A stretch of DNA of 64,000 bases, from contig CAVYGB010000008.1 of assembly GCA_963767925.1 (NCBI GenBank), positions 320,001 through 384,000 on the forward strand. Reading direction: 5' to 3'. The position numbers and the translations under genes were made by a program. Shown one piece after another: positions 10,010 to 22,400 of this stretch. This DNA comes from an uncultured delta proteobacterium (lineage in GTDB: Bacteria; Myxococcota_A; Polyangia; Fen-1088). The notes under the pieces are model-generated. The model did not search any database. It was not told the DNA's origin and was given only the letters and a program-made list of their open reading frames with translations. How positions within the stretch are numbered: the stretch's first letter is position 1; the number at the start of each line of letters is the position of its first letter.

Positions 10010-11593
10010 TCAGGCCCCGCCCGCCGGGGCGTCGCAGGAGCGGGTGGTGACGTTGCGGCGGACGATGGCCTTCCAGCGTTCGCGGGTGAAGAGCGGGCCC
10101 CGGGTGATCAGCCAGATGTCCGAGACCAGGTCGCGCACGCAGGGGTCTTCGACGAGGTTCTTGCCCTGCTCCACGCTCTGGAGGTAACCGGTGGGGAGGG
10201 TGCGGCCCATGTGCCCGGGGCGCCAGCCGACCTTGGCGTCGAAGCGGATCCGGGCCAGCACGGGTTCGGTGAGGGCGAAGGGGTCCAGGATGTGCACGCC
10301 GGGACCGGAGGCGAAGCCGCCCATCCCCACCAGGGGACTGACAACCACCCGCTGCTTGCCGGCCTTCTGCTTGAGACCGTCCTGGTAGTAGGCGTGGGTC
10401 TTGTACTTCTTGATGCGGGTGTTCTGGGCGATCCCGGTGTGCTCGACGTAGCAGGCCCGCTCGTCGACGATGCCCGAGGGGGGGACCGGGCAGTGGTTGG
10501 CTATGTCGGTGGGCAGGGGGGCCAGCAGGCGCTGGCCGGCGAAGAGGGCGACCATGGCCAGGGCCAGCGCGCCCCGGGGGTGCAGGTGGACGGTCACCGA
10601 GAGGAGGAGCACGGCGAGCAGGAACGGCGCTGTGAGGAACCGTCCGGACATGAAGTCTCCCCCCACCCAGCAGACGTAGAGGACGTAGCTGCCGATGCCG
10701 GCCGCGTAGGCCAGGGCGATGCGAGAGCGGGGACGCGCCCAGATCGCCCCCATGACGGCCATGGCCAGGGTGGGCAGGACCAGCAGGTCGGTGAGCAGGC
10801 TGTCGAGGAGGTAAGACAGGCCCTGCGCCAGCAGGCTGCTGCGGGCGATGGCCACGTTGAGCTTGGCGTAGGCGGTGTTGGGATAGGCGAACCCGTAGTA
10901 GACGAGGGCAAAGCCCAGCCAGAGCGCCAGGGGCGCCAGGCCGAGGAGCACCCGGCGCAAGGCCACCCGGCGGGGCTCGATCAGGCTGAGCAGCAAGATG
11001 GGCACGACGAGCAGGGCGTGATCCATCCGGTTGAGGATCACGAGGGAGCCGAGCAGCCACAGCCGGCCCATGGCCAGGGGCTCCTTGATCGAGGTGGCGA
11101 AGAACAGCACCAGCAGCAGGTGGGCGAGGGGATTTTCCAGGCCGCTGGTCGAGAAGCTCACGAAGGCGAAGGAGGTCGACAGCAGAAGCAGGGTCCAGAC
11201 CGCTGGCCACCCCCCTTGATGGAGGCGCCAGATGGCGACGGCGGTGGCCAGGCAGCAGACCAGGCTGAGGACGATGGCCGAGCCGTAGATGTCGTCGGTC
11301 AGCCAGAAGGGACCGGCCACCAGCAGGGTCCACAGGGGGTTGGTGAAGGCCTGCACCCGCTCGCCCGGGTTGGACAGCAGGCCATTGCCCGTGACGAGGT
11401 TGGCCGCCGCCCGGAAGCTGATGAACGAGTCGTCGGAGGTCCAGCCAAAACGGGTGACGATGCCGAGGAACAGCAGCGCGGCGATGGTCGCCGCGGTGGT
11501 GGCGGTCGACTGCTTCTCCGCGAAGTTCACCACGGGAAAGGCAGCGCTCTTGCGGCGAGCCTCGGTGCCGCGCGTGGGAGGGGGCGAGCTCAT
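10010..11593 (-). CDS. Polytopic membrane glycosyltransferase (GT-C), AftB-like
   Basis: SDDSFISFR..NLVTGNG..NPGERVQAFTNPLW, YYGFAYPNTAYAK, GGDFMSGRF and WRPGH resemble AftB-type arabinofuranosyltransferases. Many TM segments. Confidence 0.7.
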   Translation of the reverse strand: MSSPPPTRGTEARRKSAAFPVVNFAEKQSTATTAATIAALLFLGIVTRFGWTSDDSFISFRAAANLVTGNGLLSNPGERVQAFTNPLWTLLVAGPFWLTDDIYGSAIVLSLVCCLATAVAIWRLHQGGWPAVWTLLLLSTSFAFVSFSTSGLENPLAHLLLVLFFATSIKEPLAMGRLWLLGSLVILNRMDHALLVVPILLLSLIEPRRVALRRVLLGLAPLALWLGFALVYYGFAYPNTAYAKLNVAIARSSLLAQGLSYLLDSLLTDLLVLPTLAMAVMGAIWARPRSRIALAYAAGIGSYVLYVCWVGGDFMSGRFLTAPFLLAVLLLSVTVHLHPRGALALAMVALFAGQRLLAPLPTDIANHCPVPPSGIVDERACYVEHTGIAQNTRIKKYKTHAYYQDGLKQKAGKQRVVVSPLVGMGGFASGPGVHILDPFALTEPVLARIRFDAKVGWRPGHMGRTLPTGYLQSVEQGKNLVEDPCVRDLVSDIWLITRGPLFTRERWKAIVRRNVTTRSCDAPAGGA

Positions 11594-11698
11594 GGGTGGA
11601 CCCTAGCACCGCTCGCCGCGGCGGAGCTTTTCGAGTCGAGGCTGGAATCAGCGCTGGCCGGACGGGCGCAGGCAGGTCGATGCCGTACGAATCAGCCG

Positions 11699-12622
11699 CT
11701 ATCGCTGTCCCGAGGCCAGCAGGTAGGGGCCGGGCTGGGCGGCCTCCTTCGCCCCGGGCTGATCCTGCTCGTGGAGCTGGCTGTTGAGGAAGGCGATCAG
11801 CGCCTCGCGCAGCTCGTAGTAGCGGGGATGATCCATCACCTCGGCCCGGTCCCGGGGGCGGGGGAAGGGCACCTCCAGGATGGCGCCCAGCCGGGCCCGG
11901 GGACCGCTCGTCATCATGGCCACCCGATCCGAGAGGAAGAGCGCCTCGTCCACGTCGTGGGTCACCATGAGGGCCGTCTTGCGGTCCCGTCCCCACAGCT
12001 CGATCAGCACCTGCTGCAGCTCGAACCGGGTGAGCGAGTCGAGCATCCCGAACGGCTCGTCGAGCAGCAACACCTTCGGCTGCAGGGCGAAGGCCCGGGC
12101 GATGCCGACCCGCTGGCGCATGCCCGCCGACAGCTCGTTCGGGCGCTTGTGCAGGCAATCGCCGAGCCCCACCAGGGTCAGGTAGTGCTCGACGATCTCC
12201 AGGCGCTTGCGGCGGGACAGATCGCCGAAGACCTGGGCCACGCCGAGCAGGACGTTCTCGGCGGCGGTCATCCAGGGCAACAGGCACGGCGACTGGAACA
12301 CAACCCCCCGATCCGGGCCGGCCTCGAGGACCTCCCGCCCGTCGAGCAGCACGCCGCCCAGGCTGGCCTCCGACAGCCCGGCGGCGATCGACAGGACGGT
12401 GGACTTGCCGCAGCCCGAGTGTCCGATCAGGCAGACGAACTCCCCCCGGGCGATGGCGAGATCGAAGTCCTCGACAACCGGCGCTTCGAGGGCCCCGGGG
12501 AAGCGCTTGGAGAGGCGGGAGAACTCCAGGTAACGGGCGTCCGCGGCGGGGTCGCGGGGGCCGGTGCGGCTGGCCGGGTTCGGTCTGTCGCCGACGGCCG
12601 CCAGCCGGTTTTGCGCGCTCAT
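11699..12622 (-). CDS. nrtD: Nitrate/nitrite/cyanate-type ABC transporter ATP-binding subunit
   Basis: [38 protein letters not shown]. Confidence 0.88.
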   Translation of the reverse strand: MSAQNRLAAVGDRPNPASRTGPRDPAADARYLEFSRLSKRFPGALEAPVVEDFDLAIARGEFVCLIGHSGCGKSTVLSIAAGLSEASLGGVLLDGREVLEAGPDRGVVFQSPCLLPWMTAAENVLLGVAQVFGDLSRRKRLEIVEHYLTLVGLGDCLHKRPNELSAGMRQRVGIARAFALQPKVLLLDEPFGMLDSLTRFELQQVLIELWGRDRKTALMVTHDVDEALFLSDRVAMMTSGPRARLGAILEVPFPRPRDRAEVMDHPRYYELREALIAFLNSQLHEQDQPGAKEAAQPGPYLLASGQR

Positions 12623-13455
12623 GCCGCGGCCTCCGACGCGCGGGCCGGGGTGGGCGCGGCCCGCTCGGCCGCCCGCGCTTGCCGGCTGCCCGGGCCGAGC
12701 AGGTAGCCCAGCACCTCGTTCCGGACCGCGCGGAAGCGGGGATCTCGCCCCAGCGCCTTGCGGTCCCGGGGGCGGGGCAGGTTCACCCGCACCTCCGGGC
12801 CCAGGGTGGCGGCCGGGCCGGCGCTCAGCGGCACGATCCGGTCGGCCAGCAGGATGGCCTCGTCGACGTCGTTGGTGATGAGGAGGATGGTCTTGCGCTC
12901 GCTGCGGAAGATCCGCTCGATCTCGTCCTGCAGGGTGGCCCGGGTCAAGGCATCGAGCGCGCCCAGCGGCTCGTCGAGCAGCATCACCCGGGGGTTCATG
13001 GCCAGGGCCCGGGCCACCGCCACCCGCTGGCGCATGCCGCCCGACAGCTCGTGGGGCCGCTTGTCCCCGGCGTGCCCCAGCTTCACCAGATCGAGGAACT
13101 TCTCGGTCCAGGCCCGCTTCTCGGCGGCCGACCAGCCGCCGTGGACCTGGTCGACGGCCAGATGGACGTTCTCGTAGGCGGTGAGCCAGGGCAGGAGCGA
13201 GTAGTTCTGGAACACCACCCCCCGCTCGGGGCCCGGGCCGGTGATGGGGCGGCCCTCCAGGGTGATGGTCCCGGCGTCGGGAGCCTGCAGCCCCGCCACC
13301 ATCGAGATGAGCGTGGTCTTGCCAGCCCCGGAGTAGCCCACGACCGCCACGAACTCTCCTTCCTCGACGGTGAGGCTTAGGTCGGTCAGCACCTCGCTGC
13401 GGGTCTTGCCCGCGCCGTATCCTTTGCTGACCCGGTCGAGAACCAGGAAGGCCAT
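12619..13455 (-). CDS. nrtC: Nitrate/nitrite/cyanate-type ABC transporter ATP-binding subunit
   Basis: [41 protein letters not shown]. Confidence 0.88.
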   Translation of the reverse strand: MAFLVLDRVSKGYGAGKTRSEVLTDLSLTVEEGEFVAVVGYSGAGKTTLISMVAGLQAPDAGTITLEGRPITGPGPERGVVFQNYSLLPWLTAYENVHLAVDQVHGGWSAAEKRAWTEKFLDLVKLGHAGDKRPHELSGGMRQRVAVARALAMNPRVMLLDEPLGALDALTRATLQDEIERIFRSERKTILLITNDVDEAILLADRIVPLSAGPAATLGPEVRVNLPRPRDRKALGRDPRFRAVRNEVLGYLLGPGSRQARAAERAAPTPARASEAAA

Positions 13456-13456
13456 G

Positions 13457-14338
13457 TCAGCGGGCCTCCGCCACGCGCAGCCGGTCCTCGACCAGCTTCA
13501 TCACCCGGTCGAGCAAGATGCCGACCAGCCCGATGGCCAGGATGCACAGGATGATGTGCTCGTAGATGAGGCTGTTGTACTCCTGCCAGAGGAAGCCGCC
13601 GATCCCGGGCGAGCCGGTCAACATCTCCACCGCCACGATGACCAGCCAGGCGATGCCGAGGCTGAGGCGGAACCCGGTGAACATGTAGGGCAGGGCGGCC
13701 GGCAGGAGCACCTTGCGGAAGGTCTTCCAGCGGGAGAGCTGCAGGACCCGGGCGACGTTGAGGTAGTCCTTGGGGATCGAGCGCACGCCGAGGGCGGTGT
13801 TGAGCACCGTGGGCCACATGGCGCAGACGGCGATGGTGAAGAGGGCGGCGGGATGGGAGCGCTCGAACAGCACCAGGCCCAGCGGCAGCCAGGCCAGCGG
13901 CGACACCGGCCGCAGCACCTGGATCAGGGGATCGAAGCTGCGGGCGAACAGGCGGGATCGCCCCAGCAGGAAGCCGAGGGGCGTCCCCACCAGCAGGGCG
14001 ATGGCGTACCCCTTGGCCACCAGCACCAGGGAATACCAGGCGAAGCGCAGGATTCCCTGGTCGAGCTCGCCCCGCTTGGCGAACGGATCGAGCACGTAGC
14101 TCTTGCTCACCTCCCAGGTCTTGGCCGGGGAGGGGAGGTTCTTCGACCAGGTGGCGCTGGAGAAGGCCCACAGCGCCAGCAAGGCCCCGAACCCCAGCAG
14201 GGGCAGGAGCAGGCCGGCGACCCGCGCCCCGGTGAAGAAGGGGGGACGCGGCGGGACCGCCGGGCCTTGGGGCTTCGACGTCGACGTCGAGTTGAAGGGG
14301 GTGGTCGGGAGGGGGGTCGGCAGCGGTGTCTGGAGCAT
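13457..14338 (-). CDS. nrtB: Nitrate-type ABC transporter permease
   Basis: [64 protein letters not shown] before ATG 14338. Confidence 0.9.
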   Translation of the reverse strand: MLQTPLPTPLPTTPFNSTSTSKPQGPAVPPRPPFFTGARVAGLLLPLLGFGALLALWAFSSATWSKNLPSPAKTWEVSKSYVLDPFAKRGELDQGILRFAWYSLVLVAKGYAIALLVGTPLGFLLGRSRLFARSFDPLIQVLRPVSPLAWLPLGLVLFERSHPAALFTIAVCAMWPTVLNTALGVRSIPKDYLNVARVLQLSRWKTFRKVLLPAALPYMFTGFRLSLGIAWLVIVAVEMLTGSPGIGGFLWQEYNSLIYEHIILCILAIGLVGILLDRVMKLVEDRLRVAEAR

Positions 14339-14352
14339 GGGGAGACCTCCGC

Positions 14353-15651
14353 TCAGGCCTTCAGGCTGTTGATCGCGTGGGCGGAGACGAACTTCTCCGG
14401 AGCCTTGGGGTCGAAGACCTTGCCGTCGAACATGGTCTCCGGACTGTCGTCGCGGCCCCCGTGCTGGTAGCCGATCTCCTTCATCGCCTCCTCGTAGATG
14501 TCGGGTCGGACGACCTGGCGGGCGATACCCTGGTAGTCGGGCGTGCCCTTCACCATCCCCCAGCGCTGGAACTGGGTCAGCCACCAGGTCACGTATTTGG
14601 GCTGGGGATAGTTGCAGTTGCGGGCGCTGAAGATCATGTAGTTGGGATCCTGCCTGGGCGGTCGCCCGTCCCCGTATTCGTATTTGCCCAGCATCCGCCC
14701 CAGGATGGTCTCCTTGGGACAGTTGATGTAGGTCGCTCGGGAGACGATCTCCGCCTGCTCGGGCCGGTTCTTCAGGTTGTCGAGCCAGACGCTGGCCTCG
14801 TGCAGGGCCTTGAGGACCGCCTTGACGGTGCGGGGGTTCTTGTCGGCGAACTCCGCGGTGAAGGCGCAGACCTTCTCCGGGTGGTCCTTCCAGAGGTCCT
14901 GGGAGTTGAGGGCGGTGAAGCCAATCCCGTCGGTGATCGCGCGGGCGTTCCAGGGCTCGCCCACGCAGAACCCGTCCATCTTGCCCACCTTCATGTTGGC
15001 CAACATCTGGGGCGGGGGGATGGTCACCAGGGCGACGTCCCGGTCGGGATTGATGCCGCCGGCGCCCAGCCAGTAGCGCATCCACATGGCGTGGGTCCCG
15101 GGCGGGAAGGTCATGGCGAAGGTCATCGGTGTCCCCTTGGCCTTGGCGTCCATGACCAGCGGCAGCAGGGCCCGGGGGTCGCCCTGGACCTTGCCCTTGA
15201 GCGCCGACTTCAGGGTGATCGACTGCCCGTTGCGGTTGAGCATCCAGGGGATGACCATCGGCCTCTTCGGCGCGCCCAGCAGCCCCATCGTGGAGGCGAT
15301 GGGCATGCCGATCAACATGTGGGTGGCCTGGTTGTCCCCGTTGGCCAGCGCGTCGCGGATGGCGGCCCAGTTCGCCCCCTTGGCGATGGTGGCGTTGATC
15401 CCGTACTTCTTGAAGAACCCCTTCTCGTGAGCGATCACGATGGGCGAGTTGTCGGTCAGGGCGATGATCCCGAAGCGCAGGTCGGGCGTCTCGGGGGCGT
15501 CGCTGGCCCAGGTCGCCTTGCAGGCGATCAGCTCGGCGGTGGTCAGGGCGGCGGCGCCCGTGGCCGCCTTGAGGAAACCTCGTCGAGACAGGGACCGTCG
15601 CGCCCTCTTCCTGGGCGGCCGCGTTCGGGGGCTCTTGCTCATGGTCGCCAT
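14353..15651 (-). CDS. nrtA: NrtA/CmpA-family substrate-binding protein with Tat signal
   Basis: Tat motif SRRGFLK, FGIIALTD, AMTFPPGTHAMWMRYWL, IPPPQM, FCVGEPWN, WKDHPEK. Confidence 0.9.
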   Translation of the reverse strand: MATMSKSPRTRPPRKRARRSLSRRGFLKAATGAAALTTAELIACKATWASDAPETPDLRFGIIALTDNSPIVIAHEKGFFKKYGINATIAKGANWAAIRDALANGDNQATHMLIGMPIASTMGLLGAPKRPMVIPWMLNRNGQSITLKSALKGKVQGDPRALLPLVMDAKAKGTPMTFAMTFPPGTHAMWMRYWLGAGGINPDRDVALVTIPPPQMLANMKVGKMDGFCVGEPWNARAITDGIGFTALNSQDLWKDHPEKVCAFTAEFADKNPRTVKAVLKALHEASVWLDNLKNRPEQAEIVSRATYINCPKETILGRMLGKYEYGDGRPPRQDPNYMIFSARNCNYPQPKYVTWWLTQFQRWGMVKGTPDYQGIARQVVRPDIYEEAMKEIGYQHGGRDDSPETMFDGKVFDPKAPEKFVSAHAINSLKA

Positions 15652-15879
15652 GTTTTCCTTTTTCGAAAATCGCGCCGCGGGAAGACCTCGCCCGCCCGAG
15701 CGCAAGTGACGAGATCTTGAGTACGGTCCGGGCGATTTCGACCGTTCGCCACGGACGTAAATCCCTGGTAACCGCCGGGTCCACCTGGCGGAAATGCGTG
15801 TTCTCCTGCCCGAAACGCCCAGGACGACCGGCGGATCGAAGGCGTACGGACGGAGCGCTGGCTCGGTCGGGACCCGGAG

Positions 15880-16755
15880 TTACCCGAGCGCCAGGACGTC
15901 GACCGACACCTTCACCTCGTGGCGGCCGCCGCCGAGGATGACGCCCTTGAGAGGCGTGACGTCGGAGAAGTCGCGGCCGTAGGCCACCGTGACGTGCTCG
16001 TCGCTGGGGATGAGGTCGTTGGTGGGATCGAAGTCGACCCAGCCGAGATCGGGGACGAAGACGTTGATCCAGGCGTGCGAGGCGTCGGCGCCGATCAGCC
16101 GGGGCGGCCGGGCGGGGGGTGGGTGAGCAGGTAGCCGCTGACGTAGCGGACGGGCAGGCCCAGCCCGCGCAGCCCGGCGATCTGCAGGTGCGCGAAGTCC
16201 TGGCAGACGCCGCGCCGGCGCCGGAAGCACCTCCGTCAGCGGGGTGCTCACGTCGGTGGCCTCGGCGTCGTAGACGAAGTCGCTGCGAATGCGGCTGGTC
16301 AGCTCACGCACCCCTTCGAGCATCGGGCGCCCCGGCGGGAAAGACGGCGCGGCGTAGTCGCGCAGGGCGGGGGTGCTCTTGACCAGCGGCGAGTCGAACA
16401 CGAACCCGTAGGCGTCGAGCAGATCGCGCCGGCGGTCCTGGCTCACCCGGTCGCGCACCAGCTCCCAGGGGGGGCTGGCGCTCAGCGAGGGAGGGTCCAG
16501 GGGCGTCAGGTCGACCACGCTGGTGGTGACGACCTCGAGCGAGCGGTGCGGCTCGCGCAGGCTGAAGTGAAGGGCGCGGTTGCCGAAGTAGTCGAAGCGC
16601 TCGCGGCGCAGCGAGGGAGATGGGGTGATGGCGACGTCGTGGACCAGGGTCCGGCGGCCCTCGCCGTCGCGGGGGGCCAGGTGGGCCTCGTGGTGGGAGG
16701 TCGACACCGGCTCGCTGTAAACGTACCCGGTGCGGTGAACCACCCGCAGCTTCAC
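15880..16755 (-). CDS. Transglutaminase-like protein with bacterial transglutaminase N-terminal domain; compensating frameshifts at about 16110-16230
   Basis: [26 protein letters not shown]...RYVSGYL read in the shifted frame, [25 protein letters not shown]. Confidence 0.88.
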   Translation of the reverse strand: MKLRVVHRTGYVYSEPVSTSHHEAHLAPRDGEGRRTLVHDVAITPSPSLRRERFDYFGNRALHFSLREPHRSLEVVTTSVVDLTPLDPPSLSASPPWELVRDRVSQDRRRDLLDAYGFVFDSPLVKSTPALRDYAAPSFPPGRPMLEGVRELTSRIRSDFVYDAEATDVSTPLTEVLPAPARRLPGLRAPADRRAARAGPARPLRQRLPAHPPPARPPRLIGADASHAWINVFVPDLGWVDFDPTNDLIPSDEHVTVAYGRDFSDVTPLKGVILGGGRHEVKVSVDVLALG

Positions 16756-19433
16756 GGCTCGCCCCGTTCCTGCTCTTGCCCCAGATACTCCTCGTCGGGC
16801 AAGGGGAGGTGCAGCGATCCCAGGTTGCGGGAGACGGCGGCGTGGCTGAGGTAGCTCGAGGAGAGCGAGTCCGACAGGGCGGGGAGCTGCTCCGACAGGC
16901 GGACCAGGAGCGCCTCGAGGGTGGCCCGCTTGCCGCCGGCGCCGATGATGGCCAGGGCATCGGCGTCGGCGAGCTGCAGCTCGGCCTGGGCGGCGATCGC
17001 GATCCGTTGCTGGGGCGTGCGGGTGCCCCGCCGCGCCCGGCGTGGGCAGGGCCGCCAGGTGGTCGACCAGGGCGTGGAGCTGGAAGAACACCGACCGGGG
17101 GTTCGTCTCGTCGATGAGCAGCAGGTCCAGCACCGGCGCCACCTGCAGGTTGGCCAGGTACCGCCGGCGGTAGGTCATGCCGCTGTCGGCCACCTCGAGG
17201 ATGGCCTCCAGCAGCGGCGCCTCGCTCTGGTCGACGAGGGTGCCATGGATGAGGAGGACCAGGGTCGTCGCCCGTTCCATGCGGCGGCCCATGTCGAGGA
17301 ACCGCCAGGCCTGCCCGCGGGTCATGCTCTCGGTGGCCAGGCCGGCGAAGGCGGCCAGCGCCAGCACGGTCCGGTCGAGGCGGGCGGCCTCGGCGCCGTC
17401 GGGGCCGACCCGGGCCGGGGGACGCCGGGCCGGGGCGCTCCCCCCGGCGGGGCGTCAAGCTCGTCGTCGAGGGCGGTCAACACCCGCCAGGTGTCGGCGG
17501 AGAGGCGGTCGCGCACGGTGCGCGCCACCCGCAGCACCTTCTGGATGACGGCCGCCAGGCTGCCCTCGTGGCGATCGAAGAGCCGCGCCAGGAGCTGCTC
17601 CTCCGTGATGGAAGCGGCCGCCGGGGGCAAGGCGGCCGGACCACCGCCGACCTCGAAGGGGGCGGGGGCTCCCATCGCCAGGTCGGTCTGGGCGGCCAGC
17701 GCGCCGACCAGGAGCTGCAACCCCGAGCTCTGCCAGAGGCCCTTGCTCGGCCGGGGCGTCCCGCAGGCGCGCCATCGTGACCCGGGCCAGGCGGGCGATC
17801 GCCTCGGCCCGCTCGGCGTAGCGGCCCAGCCAGTACAGGTTGTCGGCCACCCGGCTCGGCAGGTCGCCGCCTCCCCGCGACAGCTCCACCGCGTGGCTGG
17901 CGGGCGGCAGCAGGCTGAACGAGCTGGCGGGCCCCGAGGAGAGCACCCAGGTGTCCTTGCTGCCGGCGCCCACCTGCATCGACACCTCGGGGTTGTCGGC
18001 CGTGCGCGCCACCCGGGCCAGGGCGCCCGGCATCACGGTGTAGCGGCCCCGCGAGGCCACCGCGTAGGCCCGCAACACCAGCGCGCGCGGGGACCAGATT
18101 TTCCCCGGACAGCAGCGGGGTGGTGGAGGCTTGCAAGTGCTCCTGGGCCACCCACTCGCGCGGGGTGGCCAGCACGCGCGCCCGCAGGGTCTCGCGCTCG
18201 GAGGCCGACAGCGCGCTCACGAACACCGGGTGGGTGAACCCCTCGGCGAAGGCCGGTTTGATGACGAACGAATCGAACCGATCGAGGACCAGGGGCAAGG
18301 CCCGGGCGTCGCCGCACCAGTAGGTCTCGGCCGAGGCGAGCTTGCAGCTCCTCGCCCAGCAAGTGGCGGGAGACGGCGCGGCAGGTAAGGCAGGAAGGCC
18401 GCGCGTCTGCACGAGCCCGGTGCCCGAGCGGGTTGGCCACGGCCACGTTCCCCTGGCGGACGGCCTGCGACCAGCCCCGGCACCCCGAGCACCGACTCCT
18501 GGCCGCAGCTCGAGCGGGTCGCAGTAGTCGTCGTTCACCCGCCGCAGGATGACGTCCACCGGCTGCAGGCCCGACAGGGTCTTGAGGTAGACGCGGTCGT
18601 CCCGCACGGTGAGGTCGCCGCCGCTGGCCAGGGTGTAGCCCAGGTACTGGGCCAGGTAGGCCTGCTCGAAGTAGGTGGCGTTGTAGGGCCCCGGGCGTGA
18701 GCAGCACGACCCGCGGGTTGTCGCGGTTGTAGCGGCGCCAGGCCGGCCAGGGTCTCCTGCAGCGCCCGGAAGAAGAGCGCCAGGCGCTCGACGTTGCAGC
18801 TCGCGGAACAGGCTCGGGCAGCGACGCTGCGACACGACGATCCGGTTCTCGAGGGCGTAGCCCGCGCCCGAGGGGGCCTGGGTGCGATCGGCGAGGGCCC
18901 GCCAGCGCGACCGTCGGCCGCGCACCAGATCGACGCCGTAGAGCGGCAGCCAGCAGGTCGCGGGGCAGCCGCAGGCCGTGGCAAGGCGCGCAGGAAACTG
19001 GGGTGGCTCGAAGATCAGCTCGGGGGGCAGCCAGCCCTCGGTCAGCGACGCGCTGCGGACCGTAGAGATCGGCCAGCAGCAGATCGAGCAGCCGCGCGCG
19101 CTGGGCCACCCCCTCGGCCAGCCCGGTCCACTCCTCGGCGGCCGATGAGCACCGGGACGGGCGACAGGCTCCAGGGGCGCTCCATGCCCCGCGGATCGCC
19201 GTAGACGTTGTAGCTGACCCCGTTTTCGTGCAGCAGGTGGCGGGCCTTCTGCCAGCGCCGCTCGCAGCTCGGCCGGCCCCAGCGCCGACGAGCCGCTCGA
19301 GGAAACGCCGCCAGTGCGGGCGCACCTCACCCGTCGGGGCCAGGATCTCGTCGTGCACCCCGGCCGGCGGTGCGTAGCCGGCCAGCAGGCCGCCGGTTGG
19401 CGACCTGGGAGCCGGCGAGGAGGGAGCCAACAT
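16752..19433 (-). CDS. Circularly permuted type 2 ATP-grasp protein fused to an alpha-E domain; several frameshifts
   Basis: Pieces across frames: [118 protein letters not shown]. Confidence 0.85.
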
Positions 19434-19437
19434 CTGC

Positions 19438-22400
19438 TCAGTAATGTAACGTGTCTGACGTGCGGGCGGGGGCCGCCGAGGCGTCGATTCCCTGGGCGGC
19501 GCCCGCCAGGCGCAGGTCCAGCGTGTGCGGCAGCTCGGGATTGCGCTCCTCGACGGGGTGGTCCACCGGCCCGGGGCTGTGACCGAAGGGGAAGAAGCGG
19601 GACACCCGTCGGCTCTCTGCCTCCAGCGCGTTGGCGGGAAGGTGATCGTGGGACCGCCCCCCGGGATGAGCGACATGGTAGGTGCAGCCGCCCAGCGAAC
19701 GTCCGGCCCAGGTGTCGATCACGTCGAACACGAGCGGGGCGTGCACGCCGATGTGCGGGTGCAACGCGGAAGGCGGCTGCCAGGCGCGGTAGCGCACCCC
19801 GCCGACCTGCTCCTCGCGGGTGCCGGTGGCTGCCAGCGGCACCCGGCGCCCGTTGCAGGTCACCACGTGGCGCTCGCTCGGTCGTCGCCGCGCACCCGCA
19901 CCTGCAGGCGCTCGACCGAGGAGTCGACGAAGCGCGCCATTGCCGCCGCCGCCCGTCTCCTCGCCCAGCACGTGCCAGGGCTCGAGGGCCTGGCGCAGCT
20001 CGAGCTCGAGGCCACCGACTGCCACCCGGCCGTAGACCGGGAAGCGGAACTCGAAGTGGGGCGCGAACCAGCCGCCGCTCGAAGGGGAAGCCGCGCGCGC
20101 CGCGAGGTCGCCCAGCACGTCGGCGAAGTCCTGCGGCCACGTAGTGGGGCAACATGAAGCGATCGACGAGCGAGGTGCCCCAGCGCACCGGCGGCCGGCG
20201 CGTAGGGCTCGCGCCAGAACCAGCGCCATCAGCGCCCGCACCAGCAGCTGGGCGGCGGCGCTCATGCGGGCGTCGGGCGGCATCTCGAAGGCGCGCAGCT
20301 CGAGCAGACCCTGGCGCCCGCTGGCGCTGTCCGGGCTGTACAGCTTGTCGATGCACAGCTCGGTGCGGTGGGTGTTGCCGGTGACGTCGACGAAGAGATT
20401 GCGGAACAGCCGATCGACGAGCCAGGGCCGGGTCTCGCCGCCGTCCCCGGCGGTGAGCTGGCGCAGGGCGATCTCCAGCTCGTAGAGGGAGTCGTGGCGG
20501 GCCTCGTCCACGCGCGGGCGCCTGGCTGGTGGGGCCGATGAACAGCCCCGAGAACAGATAAGAGAGCGAGGGGTGGTTCAGCCAGTAGCTGGCCAGGCTG
20601 CCCAGCAGGTCGGGCCGGCGCAGCAGCGGGCTGTCGGCCGGCGTGGGACCGCCCAGCACGAGGTGGTTGCCACCGCCGGTGCCGGTGTGGCGGCCGTCGA
20701 GCATGAACTTCTCGGTGCCCAGCCGGAGCTTGTGCGCCTCCTCGTAGAGGGCCTGGGTGTTGTCCACCAGCTCGCGCCAGGAGCGCGGCGGGGTGGATGT
20801 TCACCTCGATCACGCCCGGGATCGGGCGTCACCTGCAGCTTCTGCAGGCGGTGATCGCTGGGGGGCTGGTAGCCCTCGAGCCGCACCGGACGTTTCAGCT
20901 CGGCGGCGGTCTCCTCGACGGCGGCGACCAGCGCGAGGTACTCCTCGAGCGGTGGCCAGGGGCGGCAAGAACAGGTGCAACATGCCCTGGCGGGGCTCGA
21001 CGCAGAGGGCGGTGCGCACCAGCCCGGCGGCCGAGCGCCCCGGCGCGGGTGGGCGGGACGGTCGTGGCGCGGGCGGCAGCCCCTGCCCCGGTGGGCGGGT
21101 CGAGCGCCTGCCCGGGGCGACAGCGCCTGGCGGGGGGCGAAGGGATCGCGCTCGATGGGCAGGCTGCGCTCCTCGGCCTTGGCCCAGGGGAGCGAATCGA
21201 GGGGCAGCCGGAAGCCCATCGGCGAATCGCCGGGCAAGAGGTAGAGGCGCTCGTCGCGCAGGAACCAGGGTCCGCTGTCGAAGCGCACCGGCGATCCCTC
21301 CGGATCGGAGTCGGCGGCCAGCGGCAGCACCAGGCCGATCGGGTTGCTCAGCCCCTGCTCGAACACGCGGCACAGGCGCGACGCGCTCCTGGGCGTCATC
21401 GAGGCGGGCGTCGAACGGATCGACGTTGACCGGCAGCCGCCGCTCGCGCCACAGGTAGTAGAAGACGTCTTCGTAGCCGGGCAGCAGGAGCGATCGGTCG
21501 ACGCCCAGGCGCGCGCAGAGGGCATCGGCGAAGGCCTGCGTCTCGGGCAGGCCGGCCGGAGCTCCGGCTCCCTCGTCGGCGATAGAGGGACGGGTCGCGC
21601 CAGATGGGCTCGCCGTCCTTGCGGAAGTAGCAGCGAGATACGCCCAGCGGGGCAGGGGCTCGCCCGGGTACCACTTGCCCTGGCCGTGGTGCAGAAGCCC
21701 TCCGGGCGCGAAGCGCCGCTGCAGCTTGCGCGGCCAGGTGCTGTCGGCGGCTGCAGCTTGCTCGGGCCCAGCGGCGGCGGTGTTCCACTCCTCGCCCTCG
21801 CGGTCGTCGATCGACACGAAGGTCGGCTCGCCGCCCATCGTGAGGCGGACGTCCTGCCGCTGCGAGCGTCTCGCTCCACCTGATCGCCGCAGCGGCAGGA
21901 TGGCCTGCCAGGTCTTCTCGTCGTACGGCTTGGTCGGGCGGGGCGGGTCGTCGAGGCGCGCGCACCTCCATGGCGAAGGAGAACGCCTCGCCCAGCTTCT
22001 CGTCCTCGTTGCGCTTGTCCCAGCTGAACGAGCCGCGTGATGGGGGCGGCGCTGGCTCGGCTCGGCGGTGCAGGCCAGGGGGATGTGCCCTTCGCCGCAC
22101 ATCAGGCCGCTGGTGGCGTCGAGCCCCACCCAGCCCGCGCCCGGCAGGTAGACCTCCGCCCAGGCGTGCAGATCGGTGACGTCCTCGGCGACGCCCTGCG
22201 GTCCGCTCGCCGGCTTTTGCGATCGGCGCGTGAGCTGGATCGAGTAGCCCGAGACGAAGCGGGCGGCGAACCCCAGGCGGCGCAGCAGCTGCACCAGCAA
22301 CCAGGCGAAGTCGCGGCAGGAGCCGTGGCCGCGGGTCAAGGTCTCCTCGGGCGCTGAACACCCCCGGCTCCATGCGCACGTCGTAGCGGAGCGCGCGCTG

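Noticed and set aside
15652..15879. Sigma54 promoter or ANTAR hairpins upstream of nrtA
   Set aside because: I found no correctly spaced GG-N10-GC consensus and no paired ANTAR-type hairpins by eye.
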